A stretch of 55,744 nucleotides of DNA, the filler included, from Perkinsus olseni (taxonomy: Eukaryota), in assembly GCA_013115125.1 (NCBI GenBank). It is 2 parts of 2 records of this genome, joined end to end, with 100 filler letters (N's around TTAATTAATTAA, not from the genome) between each part and the next. Parts side by side here need not be neighbours in the genome. Positions count along the whole stretch, not along the records: positions 1 to 27,822 come from JABANN010000459.1; positions 27,923 to 55,744 come from JABANN010000460.1. The stretch is one strand, 5' to 3'. Below, in pieces: positions 22,367 through 33,747 of this stretch. Below the pieces are notes generated by a model. It did no database searches and was not told where the DNA came from. It worked only from the letters and a program-made list of their open reading frames with translations. Numbering within the stretch: position 1 is the first letter of the stretch; each line of letters begins with the position of its first letter. A program made the translations under genes and the position numbers.

Positions 22367-25300
22367 ATGTCGTCGTCGACGGATATTCCAGGAGGCCAAT
22401 CTGAAGATGATCACACCCAATCCAGGGAGGAGGCTCAACAGGTGGTGGCTCGATCGAAGTCTTCATTCAACCAACCAAGTCATCCCGGTGAGTCAGGTCA
22501 ACCAACTGGAGAATGACGTTAGGGGCGCCGAGACTGAAGTCGATCAGGAGCAAGAAGTGAGATAAGTCCTCCGAAATTTCTTGATCCGGCATCGTAGCTC
22601 CCTCTCTGTCAGACGATGGTAGAAGCGAGCGGCGAGGCAAGGGAGGAGGTAAGACATGGTGGCACATGTTTGCTCTTCCGGTGGTGGGTGCAATTCCCAG
22701 CCATGATAGGGTTGTAGACCTTGTCGTCGATTCGATAATACTGCCCAATGTCTGTCAATGACCGCCCTACGGGAAGACCTGACTGTTAGTCGCCTGAAGC
22801 ACGCTCAGGTTGAACGGTTTAACGTGCCACGTTCAGGTTGAAGACTACGAGGTGATTGACTCAGAGGACTGCCAGCCTGGCGAGGAATCTTTCGAAGGAC
22901 CTCCGGAAGTGAGTGATGAGAGGCGGCTTCTTCATCGCCGGCTCAGTGAGCTGGTGACTCGAATAGCGCACACCGTTTTTGTTGCGAACTGTGACACGGT
23001 TGAGTCATTGACGCCCGGCCTTGTGGCATCGTGAGCGTCGGAGCAAACCTCGGCCACCTTCTGCCCGGACCATGAACTCGATGTTTCGGGCAGCAGGTGG
23101 TCGCACTTCTCTACTACTCTACTACCGGAACTTCATACTATGTGGTGGCTCACACTTCTCACGGGGAGCCGAAGGCTGCATCGCGGCTCAAGCAACTAAT
23201 TTACACCCTCTCAGTTGCACACGAGCGTCTACTGGTTCATTGTGTGATTTAGCGGCTATGCAGCATAGCCTAGCGACGATTACCAACGCTATTCTTCAAG
23301 GGTCTCTAGCCAGCCACTGCTGTACACAAATTGATTTCTTTTTCGGAGCTCAGGCCGCCGAGAGCCCTGGCGATCAACTGGTGGAAGCGGCGTTTAAGGG
23401 GGAAGCGATTGACGTACAATAGACGACGGTTGCCTGTGGTGACTAATCATTCTCCGTTCTTCAGGTTGAAGGCACTGCAGCAGACCCGTTCACTGAGGAT
23501 ATCAATGGAAACGAGAAAGAGATCAAGGATGCTGATGCTGTACCGTCGGATGCGATCAGTCCGAGCCAAAATTCGGACAGGCTGAAGGTCTTGCTTTTCG
23601 AACTACTAGTTTGGACTGGTAGAACGGCGAGGACTCTATGTTCGCGCAGTCATCAATATCAGCAGCCACTTTTGAGACTCTTTCTCTATGAATTGATTAT
23701 TTTATGGTCCACGGCTGAGCACGCAGCGCTACCCGCGGCGCAGGTTAGACAGCAACAGGAGCTGGTGGCCCTCACTGAACAGCGGAATCGCCTGGAGGAT
23801 ATGTTGCGGCAGGCGAGGGCGCGAAAAGAGCGTCTGCTCAAGTACACCGCCTTCTCTCTTGGCTGGCGGCTGAGACGGCTGTGTTTAGAGACAGGGATGC
23901 CGTCGAAGCTAGGACGGCTCAGTGGATCGATTTGGAAAAGAAGAAAAACCGTAGGGGCGCTGAGTGTTCCGTAGGCAAACCCTGGTACTCAGAGGAGGGT
24001 GAGAAGCCTGGAGAGGAGGGGGTGGCAGAACCAGATATCAAAGTAGAGGTCGAGGGTTCGATCCTCGGGTGTGGCATTTCTCTGCAGGTGACGGACCACA
24101 AGTACATAACTCTCCTTCACAGTGTGCACTCTGCCCGTCTGGGACTCAGAGAACAGGAGGTGAGTGTTTTCGTGTTGCGAACATCACAGTCATACACTAT
24201 ATTGCTATGCCGTATCCAAGGGGTTTCAAATGTCTCAGTGCAATATCTCGACGTAGAAAATGTAGTAGTAGAACGCATCAACGGTAGATTGAGCTCATTT
24301 TGAACGAGATGGAGCAGATAGAGAGTGGAGTAGTTGAGAGAATGGGAGTTGATGATACGAAAGCTGACATGAGCCCAGCTTGCCTGTGTTATGTAGAAGA
24401 TGTATTGAATGCAATTGGTGCAGAAATCACCAATTTGGTGGACGGCATTCGCATGTGTTCCTTTAACGCAATTATAAACACCTCAGGACTGCACTAGAGA
24501 CTTTCGGCGAGAGTCTTGGGTCTGTCACTGTCATTCTCGAGTGTAGCGTCGACTCTCGTCGGCTCCAATTTTTTCTGTATACCTGGAAAGGTCGCCTTGC
24601 GATTTACCAGGGTGGAAGGGCGTATCTCTTCTCTCAGGATAGAAGCACGAAGGCCGTGGATGACCTCCGAGCGGTGTTGGAGGATAAGAAAGCCAAAGTT
24701 GCCGAATGTCGAGATGCTCTCAGGTGGGGATGCCTGATCTGCGTAGGGTCGAGACCGACTGATTGATGACACAACACCGGGGTTTTGCCATCTTGAATCC
24801 ATTGCTTCTGACCGCGGTCTGAGCTTCTTCTACAATCAGCCCAGTCCCACACCCGGACCGCTACCCTCCCGGATAGACCGGCTGATTGAGAACACAACAC
24901 CCGGGCTTTGCCACCTGGGATGCAACCTTTCATTTGCTGTCTTCTTATCATCCGCCACTTAGCTTCGGCGTAGCTTTCTATCGGAGAAAAATAGGATCAG
25001 CCGTGTGTACTTAACAGTGCGCATTGTAGCTGTTGATCAGAGAATTCAAACGTCAAGTGGCGCGAAACAGCGAGTACGTGCGCAGCGGGAAGAAGATACC
25101 TCTCAAGGTCATCCAGGTGAGTGAACAGATCAGAATCGGACTTATTGTCCATGGAGTTTATCGGTTTGATGTCGACTGTTGATTGGCCCGCTTGTGAATT
25201 CTGATGCCGTCTTTTGGACCGTTTTGAAGAGAGTGTCGGAGCTCACAGGCAGCGCTAGACGCCCTGTCATGACCCAAACTGAAGGCCGTCATCAATTGAA

Positions 25301-26236
25301 GTAAAAACTTCCATAAATTAGACTACTGTTATGAATGAGACTGAGCGGCGTTTAAGTAAACGCTGTTTTCCTCGTCGCAGGAAGTTGAGGACTTTGAACT
25401 GGACAAGAACAGCGAGGTGGAGGAAGCTCGAGAGACGCACATAACGCTGAAGAACCGACTGACTAAGCTTGAAGAGGAGCTCCGCAAGAAGGACCAGCTA
25501 GCAGAGGGCCTTCATCTTATAGGTTCGTCCTTGATGGTTCAGAGCAGCAAAATTCGGGCTTTTATCGGTCGCCCTGTTATACTTGTGATGCGTCTAGCGT
25601 TCCCTTTCTTCTATGCGATGTGGTGGTCGTCAGATTTCGAGCAGCTGAAGATTGAAAACCAGACTCTGAGTGAGAAGATTGAGGAACGTCAAGAACAAGT
25701 TCAGAGACTAAAGAAGAAGACAGTCACCACAATACAAGTCTGTCGCTTGAATATAGATGCCGGGATTCGAACCCGGGACCTTTTGCATGTAAGCAGGCCT
25801 GCTGCCTCCCTCTAGGTTCTGGCTCACATGCGAGAGAAAATGCAATTCCTTGAGAAACGAGGAGAGATCATTCACTCCTCTCTAGCTGAGCTGGACAAAG
25901 TAGGGGAGTTCCGAAAGTTTCCGATTTTCTGGACTTTCTGTTTTCTTACTTTTCATTCCGTTTTGGTCTGCAGGAGTTGGTCGGCCAAAGAGATCTCATC
26001 GCTAAAACGAAGCACGACCGTGACGAGTACCGCACCGAGAACGATCGACTGCGAGAGCAGGCCGGGATAGTTGACTCGACGCTCATCACGAAGGACCATG
26101 AGAACAGGTGCCGACCTTTGAGTGGTCTCTGCCACGAGTCGTTGGCAGGAAAGGGCGAGTGGCGGAGCTGAAGGAGATCGTCGCCGCTTTGCATGGGAAT
26201 CATGAGAGGCTGTTGAATTACGTGGCTAAACGATGA
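22367..26236 (+). CDS. CCDC96: Cilia/flagella coiled-coil protein CCDC96/CFAP184-like (DUF4201); multi-exon
   Basis: Spliced C-term KKDQLAEGLHLIDFEQLKIENQTLSEKIEERQEQVQRLKKKTVTTIQVLAHMREKMQF matches the DUF4201 signature; acidic N-terminal exons; TGA at 26234-26236. The 5' exons are less certain. Confidence 0.82.
24753..24921 (+). repeat. Intronic ~46-nt imperfect direct repeat (2 copies)
   Basis: gaccgactgattgatgacacaacaccggggttttgccatcttgaat (~24753) versus gaccggctgattgagaacacaacacccgggctttgccacctgggat (~24876). Confidence 0.75.
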
Positions 26237-26349
26237 TCGATTTCAGTGTGTGACCAGTACATTTTCAAGAGTTGCGTTAGTATCGGGGAATCGGCAACAT
26301 GGACAGTGGTGAGACGATAGGGTTCTGTTGCTTCTCCGTTGTTGCCCAT

Positions 26350-26582
26350 AGTCAACGCGAGGCGAGAAGGAGTGAAAAGTCTATCAACCTAGTTCCGTTA
26401 GAAGTGTGAGCTTTGTGCGCATGCTAGATTGGATAACTCAACAAGAGTCGTTTACAGTGCTTCTTGAGTTATAACTACAGTAATAACAAGTAGCAACGTG
26501 GTTCTTGTAGTCATCGCGAGGCGAGAGGGAGCGCGAAGTCTATCAACCTAGTTCCATCGAGGTGTCAGCTTTGCACGCATGC
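26350..26582 (+). repeat. Intergenic ~75-nt imperfect direct repeat (2 copies, ~159 nt period)
   Basis: agtca.cgcgaggcgaga.ggag...aagtctatcaacctagttcc...gctttg..cgcatgc occurs at ~26350 and ~26509. Confidence 0.85.
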
Positions 26583-26939
26583 ACAAGATGGTCGGTGCAG
26601 AAGCACATCGTCCAGTCGGGTCGAACTAAGCCGTTGGATTCAACAGCACATAGTGAGGTTAAGCAGAGGTTTGCTCATTTCTGCCTCACGCATGGCATCT
26701 TACACTTATAGACCACACTGCGGTGGATCTCAAAAAGATCCCGGGTTCAAAACGCGGCTCAGTCACTTCTCTGTCATTTATATATTAGTGCTAGCCTCGA
26801 GCTGACAGGCCTATTGTGATACGCTAGTCGGCCTAGTATAGGTCCACTATGGGACATTGCAAGTCGAAAGATACCCTATCGTCTGATGTTAAGGGAAACG
26901 CTGCCTCTGCCTCTGCTTCAGTTCTCCAGCCGTTAATCT

Positions 26940-27822
26940 AGAAGAATCTTGCAATCTTGGATTTCCCCAATATTTGGTGAGTTGCACGTACCGCAGAGCT
27001 CGGCCGGTCCGAAGGCATGGAGCTAAGCCACTCGTCATCTTTCAGGGGGTATCTTTGCTTCACCCATGCCCTTCACAGAAAGCTTCTCGAATCCCGAGAC
27101 AGCAGCTAAGGCCAGGTTCGCTTCCTGATCATGGCGGGCGGAGTTGAAGCTAGCTGAGGTTGGTATGTTTTCGCAGCGCTTGCCCGTGGAGACCTACCCA
27201 GTGGTTATGATGGTTACCGCAAGCCCGAGGTAATACGACGATCCTATGGCGTCTGGGTATAGTAGCTCAGGTGGGGATGTGGGATTTCATGAGGGAATGG
27301 TTGAATGATGGTATTACAGTTGATGTTGGTAATAGTATGATCATTGGTGATGGTGGTGGCAGAGTTAAGGACCAGTCTGATAGAGATTTCAAGTTTGCCT
27401 TTAATGTTGGCCTCAAGTTCATGGATGAGTCCTTCCTTATTAATACTCCTCCCTAGCATGACTTTCTCTTCTCATCGATCGCTGTTGACTTGCCTCCTCC
27501 CCTTCGCCACTTCTACTCAGCCATTACCCCTTTCAATGGTCCTCGGCCTCTCCAAAGGTTCGAGTCTTCTACTTCTCACAGGTAGGTGCTCTCCTCCACC
27601 AACCCATCGATCATCCAAGTTCAGTTGAAGTGTTCACAGCCGCTGGATTGGCGTTGGGGTCGATCTTCATGTCAACTTGGCGGGTCGGCGCGGTAGTATC
27701 TTCGATGTACCTCCGTTTGCTTCATCGGCCATCATCCCTTCAGGGCAGCCAGTATCTCTCGGGCAGCTACGTTGGAGATATCGATAAGAATGATGACCAA
27801 GTGGATGATGGTCGACTCCCCT
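26940..27822 (-). mobile_element. Possible degenerate retroelement remnant (RNase H-like fragment)
   Basis: Stop- and frameshift-riddled minus-strand coding-like sequence with HLSYYT(D)-like and QEANLALAA segments; runs into the assembly gap. Weak. Confidence 0.25.
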
Positions 27823-27922
27823 NNNNNNNNNNNNNNNNNNNNNNNNNNNNNNNNNNNNNNNNNNNNTTAATTAATTAANNNNNNNNNNNNNNNNNNNNNN
27901 NNNNNNNNNNNNNNNNNNNNNN
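27823..27922. other. Assembly gap / artificial linker (N44-TTAATTAATTAA-N44)
   Basis: Exactly 100 nt; the central TTAATTAATTAA places stop codons in all six frames, a standard contig-joining spacer. Confidence 0.97.
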
Positions 27923-28095
27923 GTTCCGTACTCGTCCAGGTGGCAGTGCACGAGTCGAAAAACCGGATATGCTAAGAATTTGTGGAGGGGTGTATGTTGT
28001 CTCCGGTATAGCGCAAGCGAAATCGCGGAAGAAGACCTCGCTCCGCTAGGGGATCCGATCGCGCGCCCCAAAACCTACGACGCAACGTGGCAGTA

Positions 28096-28242
28096 ATGAC
28101 CAGTCGTCGCGTAGCTAGTCAACAGCTTGGCGTCCCCGTCGACGCTCCGCCGCCATTAGTACGCTCAGCGTACCGGAGATTGGCACTGAAGTTGCATCCT
28201 GATAAGAACTCCACCATAGATGCTACGCATCAGTTTCAACAG
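28096..28242 (+). CDS. J-domain (DnaJ) first exon of a gene interrupted by a retroelement; possibly a pseudogene
   Basis: MTSRRVASQQLGVPVDAPPPLVRSAYRRLALKLHPDKNSTIDATHQFQQ contains HPD; AG just before the ATG and GT donor at 28243. The usual ...EAYEVL continuation is not visible. Confidence 0.75.
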
Positions 28243-28266
28243 GTCATACGGGGCATCTAGGCTACA

Positions 28267-29430
28267 TCCTTCTTCTTCTTCTTCTTCTCAATCTTGGACG
28301 CGGCACGGCCATTCTCTGGCTATTTGCCGCCAACATGATTCCTTTTGTAGCCGCCCTTCTGCGGCTCGTTAGTCTCCACTCCGCTAAGTTCCATTTCGTC
28401 CCGTATTTCTCCCATACGGTCATTCAAGATGACTCATCTTCGCCGTTGGGCATACAGCATTAGTCTCTAAAGACCCTTCCAGTCATTCGCAGAAACCCTT
28501 CTAGTACCATCGCCAGGTCCCGGCTTCTGATGACAGTCTCCCCCTGGGGAGGCCACGTTAGCCCTCGCAGGTTCACTTCTCGAACTAATGCCTCCCGTTG
28601 GCTCTTCTATCGCTCGCACTCGTACAGAAAATGTCTCACATCCTCCGTGACCTGAGCGTCACAGTTCGGACATTCATCACTGCCCCCGTCAATTCGGCTT
28701 CGGCAGTATCGCAGCCGGCTCTGTCCCGAAATAAGTCCCCAGAGATTTCGGCAGCCTTCCAGCCCCCTAAGCATCTTCAGAGCCGACGCACGAACTAGGC
28801 TACATCCAAATGATGAATCATTTGGTTTCGTACACATAACGATGAATAATGACGGCGATAACCCTCGCGTCAGGAAATTGAAGCCTAGTGCGCAGCGAGG
28901 GCTGCTTCAAATCGGACGAAATGTCCAAGCCAATCCCGCTGGCAATATGCTCAATTTGACGCTAGAAGACTTTTCTCCCGCTGATGTGTGTTGCCCAGGG
29001 GCCAAAACAGTCCAGATGATCCCTTAGACGCATCAGCCAGGCGCTGCTAATGCTCATGGCTCATACTACGAGCCATGCTGAAGTATTCATACCTCAAGCA
29101 TATTTCGCTGCAGAGTCCCCATTGCGGATCCTCGCTCTCGCTGAAGAAAAAACATTCGCCGAAGGCGTGATAGTACCAATAAAGATTTTTGCATTCCAAT
29201 ACTTGCCCACCGGGGCGTAGTCGTGAACATCATCGCCTGTTCGCAAGAGTGTCGAAGCGCGCCGTATGAGGCTGCTATGTATGGTCGTGGCAATATGGCA
29301 GATATTGGCGGCTCGAGATGTCATGCTGGCGGCTGACGCTGCCATGATTGAGTCAACGCTGCCTCAGCGATGTCCCTCTACCAATCAAGCACACCATACG
29401 AGAGATGCGACGGGAAAATCATCTCGTGGA
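28267..29430 (-). mobile_element. 3' end of a degenerate non-LTR retrotransposon with (GAA)n tail
   Basis: (CTT)n run at ~28268-28288 on + is a (GAA)n tail on -. Upstream on - is the C-terminal CCHC motif CPNCDAQVTEDVRHFLYEC typical of non-LTR ORF2, and a PVASLVW-like post-RT motif near 29400. Many stops; 5' boundary approximate. Confidence 0.7.
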
Positions 29431-29498
29431 GGAAGGGAGAAGCTTGATAGGTGCACAGAGACCAGCAGACATTCCAATGCACGTAGGGACCGTTGTAG

Positions 29499-29830
29499 GT
29501 GCTTCTGGCGATACCATATGAATAACTGGGGGATATGGAGCTGCATAGTCTGCAGAAATGAGTGCTCCAAGCTGCGGAGGTACACTCGATAGGCTACTCC
29601 ACTCGGATGATGTGGTTGTTGTCCTTAAGGGACACACATCAATGTACGTGTGGTCACCGTCTGTCGCAGCACGAGCCTAGTACTCGATTAGCGTATTGCA
29701 GCATGGAAGGATGTTCATGTAACACAACATGCTGCCTAGATACATGAGGTCAGGCGCTGTTATAGGTAAACAGTTTGTATTATCCGCAAAGCGCCGGCGA
29801 TGCTCTACGTGCCACCATCCCTGGGCAGAG
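29499..29830 (+). CDS. Cys/His-rich exons, FAM221-like zinc-binding domain (partial gene)
   Basis: GT-AG introns 29580-29629 and 29719-29765 join in frame to WGIWSCIVCRNECSKLRRDTHQCTCGHRLSQHEPSTRLAYCSMEGCSCKQFVLSAKRRRCSTCHHPWAE. The CxCxHRxxxH...CxxxGCxC spacing resembles FAM221 (from memory). Confidence 0.55.
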
Positions 29831-31610
29831 TGCGTGTGCCACAGAGGGCCCGTGGCTCTATGTAGCTGCGGGCATGACCTCAGTCTCAGAGGCCATGTAG
29901 CTGAGTGAGATGGTCATTGCTGTACCTCCTACTTGTTGCACTCGACAGCAAGGTTCTACTGGAATTCGAGACGCCGGCAAGATCAGAAAAGGGAGCGGGC
30001 TCGGAGTACTGGTGCGAACCGGCGGACGAAGTTTAATCTTAATGACAGTTTGGCTATAGGCAGCCCTTCGAAGACGGAAACGCGATTGAGTGGGTCTCGT
30101 CTCCTCACTAGAATTGGGGCATAATTGATGAACAGGATCTAGGATGAAGGAGATCTTTGCACGCTTGAATCAATCAGAGGTCCCTTCTCGTGGGGAGGAT
30201 GAGATGCGCCTTGGAGCACACAAGGATAAGGAAGTTATACATCCCAACGTAGTGGGTATCAACAGCTTCGGTCGTGCTCAGATCGAGGACTTATTGGCTT
30301 CAATATTCCCACCTGGTCCAGGATCCATAGGCTCTATCATGAGGGATAGGATGAGGGAACATCTACGGTATAGTACTGGCGGTTACTGTGCCCGCCAAGA
30401 CTGGGGTACTAGCTGTGCTGCTTCTCAGAGAGACTGTGGACACGAACCATGCTCCACGCTATGCAGAGGTCAAGCCGAGAAGGGAGAACAGGCGCCGAGG
30501 TGTGCCGACTGTTGTTACCCCCTTCACTGCTCGATGATCCATCATGAACTCAGATTGTCTCAACTGTGAAGTCTTGTGTTCACCAATAGTTATCCGACTC
30601 TCGTAAGATGGTCATGGCACACTGGCAGCTGTTCAACATCATCTATGTATCACTGTAACACCACTCAATCACATACTCCACGGAAACAAATAGAGATCGC
30701 ATTCACACCATAACATGCCGAGGGACGCTGGCCTACTGGTATTGAGGATGGATCGGTACACTGTCATCCGTACCTATGATGGTGACCGCTCCCTATGAAG
30801 AGGATATGGTCTCAGATGGTCTCTACCTCCTATTCCCTGATTATGGCCACTCCATCCCTTCGGTACAGGGTCCGGTATACGCTTATTCCGAAGTTCTGTC
30901 CATCCTGTCGTATTGGATGATACTCTAATAACAAGAGAATGCTCACTTGCGTAATGACAGTGCAACCTCACTTGCAGAAAGGACTCGTGCTCTTGCGATA
31001 CGGCACCTGGGAGATTTATGGCGACAGACTAGAAAGACTCGGAAAGGGTTTTTGAACTCACGATATTGGGTATGCATGGTCTCCATGTAAAGTACTTAGT
31101 TTTGTTGAACTCTAGTGGTCCGTGCTCTGGTCGGTTATCGGCACCTATCGTCGTGAGTCATATCTATGTGGATGCATGTGATAGCACACCTTTAGTAGCA
31201 TTGAGGCCCTTAGTAGATACTCCGTTAGATTTAAGGTCACAAAAGACTTGCATAGTAGGGGCTAGCTTCTGATCTTTCAGGAGAGCTTGACGAGCCTAGT
31301 GTAGCGGGGGTTCCCAGGACAGCACACAGTGATGATACAACACCTTGTTTCCCATGTAGAACTCATAATGCCAACCAAAGACTCGCCACTTGAAGTCCCT
31401 TATCCATGGTCGCATACCCATACGCTGAAATAGTAATATCTCCCTCCTTAAGCTTATGATGGTGCCATACTCACCTCCTCGTGCATGCGATGTTTAATCC
31501 TATCACCTTCCCGTCGAAATCGGAATGCCATAATAAAGACTCTGACAACAGTGCCCGCAGCTCACAGCCTAACCGCTAACTCAAAGCTCGATTTTCGGTT
31601 GTGAAACTTT

Positions 31611-32530
31611 TCAAGCAGTGCTGCTCTTGCGGTGCTTGCTCTTCTTAGTACGTGGTTTGGACACGGCTTTCCCTGCGGGACTCTCGACGAACAAGACTTC
31701 AGGAAGCGTGTCTGAATGTTGGGCGGTCCAGGAAGGAGCGCATGATGTCCGAGTCCTACCCATATCTTTGGCCTTAACAGCTCTTATCTGTGGTTCAATT
31801 TCCCTCCGTAATGCGAAGAGGGCCATAGCAGTAGCGAGTACATCACTGAGGTCACCTCTTGTACCATTGAGCTGCTTGTGGTGAGCAGATACTTCACACA
31901 GAGCGGCTAAAAGACGGATGGCACTAGGAGATAGGCACTTGTGAGAGGTCCACTGCACACTTGAAGTACGTGCGTCTCACCTTCATCACCGGCAATGGTC
32001 GAGAGACGACCAAGTGCGCCCAAGTCGGAGAGTAGTGAGCACTTCCCGCAGACTATCCGGCATTTACTAGCGGGATAGGTCTTGCGCTTGGCATAATCAG
32101 TAACCCAGTCCACTAGAACGTGTGTTGACTCAGTCCTAAAAGCATTACATACCAAGAGAGTTTATCCAGAGACGTAGCACTACATCGCAGGATTCCAGGA
32201 TTCAAAGGAGCCATTGATCGGCCCCTCGCAGACATCACACCTCCGCGATCCCTCATCCAGATCAGTCTTCACCCTTTCAGCAGCCTTCCGGACTTCCTCT
32301 ACTGGGCAAGAATATGCCTTAGCTAGCTGGAAATCACAGTTCACGGAGCTGATACCTGTAGGGTTCAACAATGGAGCAAATTACTCTGACTTCCCTATGC
32401 CCGACTTCAAGCTATACAACGAGGAAGCGTGCCTATTACATCATATGCTGACAATCCCACGTGACGACGGACGCCCATTACCAACGAACAGAATGAGGGG
32501 CAACACTCCCGTGATGGCCCATACTACATG
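31611..32530 (-). CDS. Hypothetical protein with Cys pairs and a basic C-terminus; multi-exon
   Basis: Consecutive coding-like ORFs (RRCDVCEGP; CRIVCGKC; ...KKSKHRKSSTA*) linked by plausible short introns; no family recognised. Confidence 0.4.
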
Positions 32531-32780
32531 GCCTTAATCTTGGACATAGATTATCAAGAGTTCTCTCGAGGTGCTGCAGAGATCCGATAACAGAGTGCCC
32601 TGCGTCGGGTTCGGCTGCAGTTACCATAGATGGACCAAACCCTAGGGAAACACTCGGGAGGAAATACCCCTCTATCTATTCAAGACACTACATCAACAGG
32701 CTTACGTAAATTACAGGATCGACACTAGACTCGGACCGGAACAAGTTTTCTCAAACCTATCCCCTTCGCGGAAGAAAATA

Positions 32781-32850
32781 TTGCAACGCGTGGGGATAGA
32801 TCCGACGACCTTTCGGATAACGGACCGAAGCTCCACCGCGCAACCACGAT
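32781..32850 (-). pseudogene. Degenerate tRNA-like sequence (initiator-Met/Asn-like pseudo-tRNA or SINE head)
   Basis: Minus strand: gtggttgcgcggtggagc-ttcgg-tccgttat-ccgaa-aggtc-gtcgg-atctatc-cccac-gcgttgca, i.e. A-box-like start, paired anticodon stem, AGGTC variable loop and imperfect T-arm; acceptor stem broken. Confidence 0.45.
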
Positions 32851-32994
32851 ATAAAAATCGTACTATGTTCACCATATTTGGGCGGGGCCTCTGATACGTA
32901 TCCTCGGCGGTACTGAATGACCTGAGCGATGCGGCAGTTGCTCCCGCCACTGGGCACAACTCATTATTGGTAGTTTTACCTTGTAGTATATGGA

Positions 32995-33747
32995 ATGCTG
33001 TCGATATCCGAGTCTGCGCACCTACTAGAGATGATGAGGGATGGTATTACTCTTCCGAGAGTACTACCCGACCCTGAGGATTATCTAGACGAGGATGCAC
33101 GTAGGCAGCTAGAAGGGTCCTGGCCTATTGACATAGTAGCCGATGAAACAAAATGGCCCAGGATAATTGATAACAAAGTTGACTTTATGTACTACAGGAC
33201 GACCGATCTGCACTCGAGGGTCTCCTTCCAGGTATGAACTCTTGAATTCTTGCCACTTGGATGAATGCTGGGTGATACCCAATGGGGTGAGTACTTTAAG
33301 GGAGTCAGCGTTGGTAGTCCGACGGGAGCCAAGGGGCGTTGTTTCCAATAAAGATACATAAACTGGGTCTGGACGGATCAATACCAGCCGAAATAACCCG
33401 GCGCTTGAGGGAGTACGACAACGCCTACGACTTTGCGAACAGTTTTACGCAGCAGATGAAAGAGAGGTACAAGGCAAGGTTCTGTTACACGGTAGTAGGG
33501 GAGGTGTTGGTTGGACGCACTACCTGGGCCAACGGGAATCTTGGAGCAGTCAAATGGTGAATTCTTTCAGGAGAAAAGCAGCGTGTCCGGTGATGAGCGT
33601 GTGCAGAAGGAGTCTGAAGGCTCCAGCTTACGCGACAAGATCCAATTCCTCGATGCAGGCATTCGAGACAAGCACCACCCGATAGAGAAACACACGATAT
33701 ACCTCACAGAACTCAGGCAAGCTCTGTCATTCATAGCGAACAGTTAA
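32995..33747 (+). CDS. Hypothetical protein; multi-exon
   Basis: Three successive coding-like ORFs (32995, 33339, 33511) separated by short GT-AG intron candidates; no family recognised. Confidence 0.5.

Noticed and set aside
26350-26582. CRISPR-like repeat-spacer arrangement
   Set aside because: Only two diverged ~75-nt copies in a eukaryotic genome with no cas genes; an ordinary local duplication.
27867-27878. TTAATTAATTAA palindrome as a biological element (e.g. piggyBac TTAA site)
   Set aside because: It sits symmetrically inside N runs totalling 100 nt; it is a six-frame-stop assembly linker.
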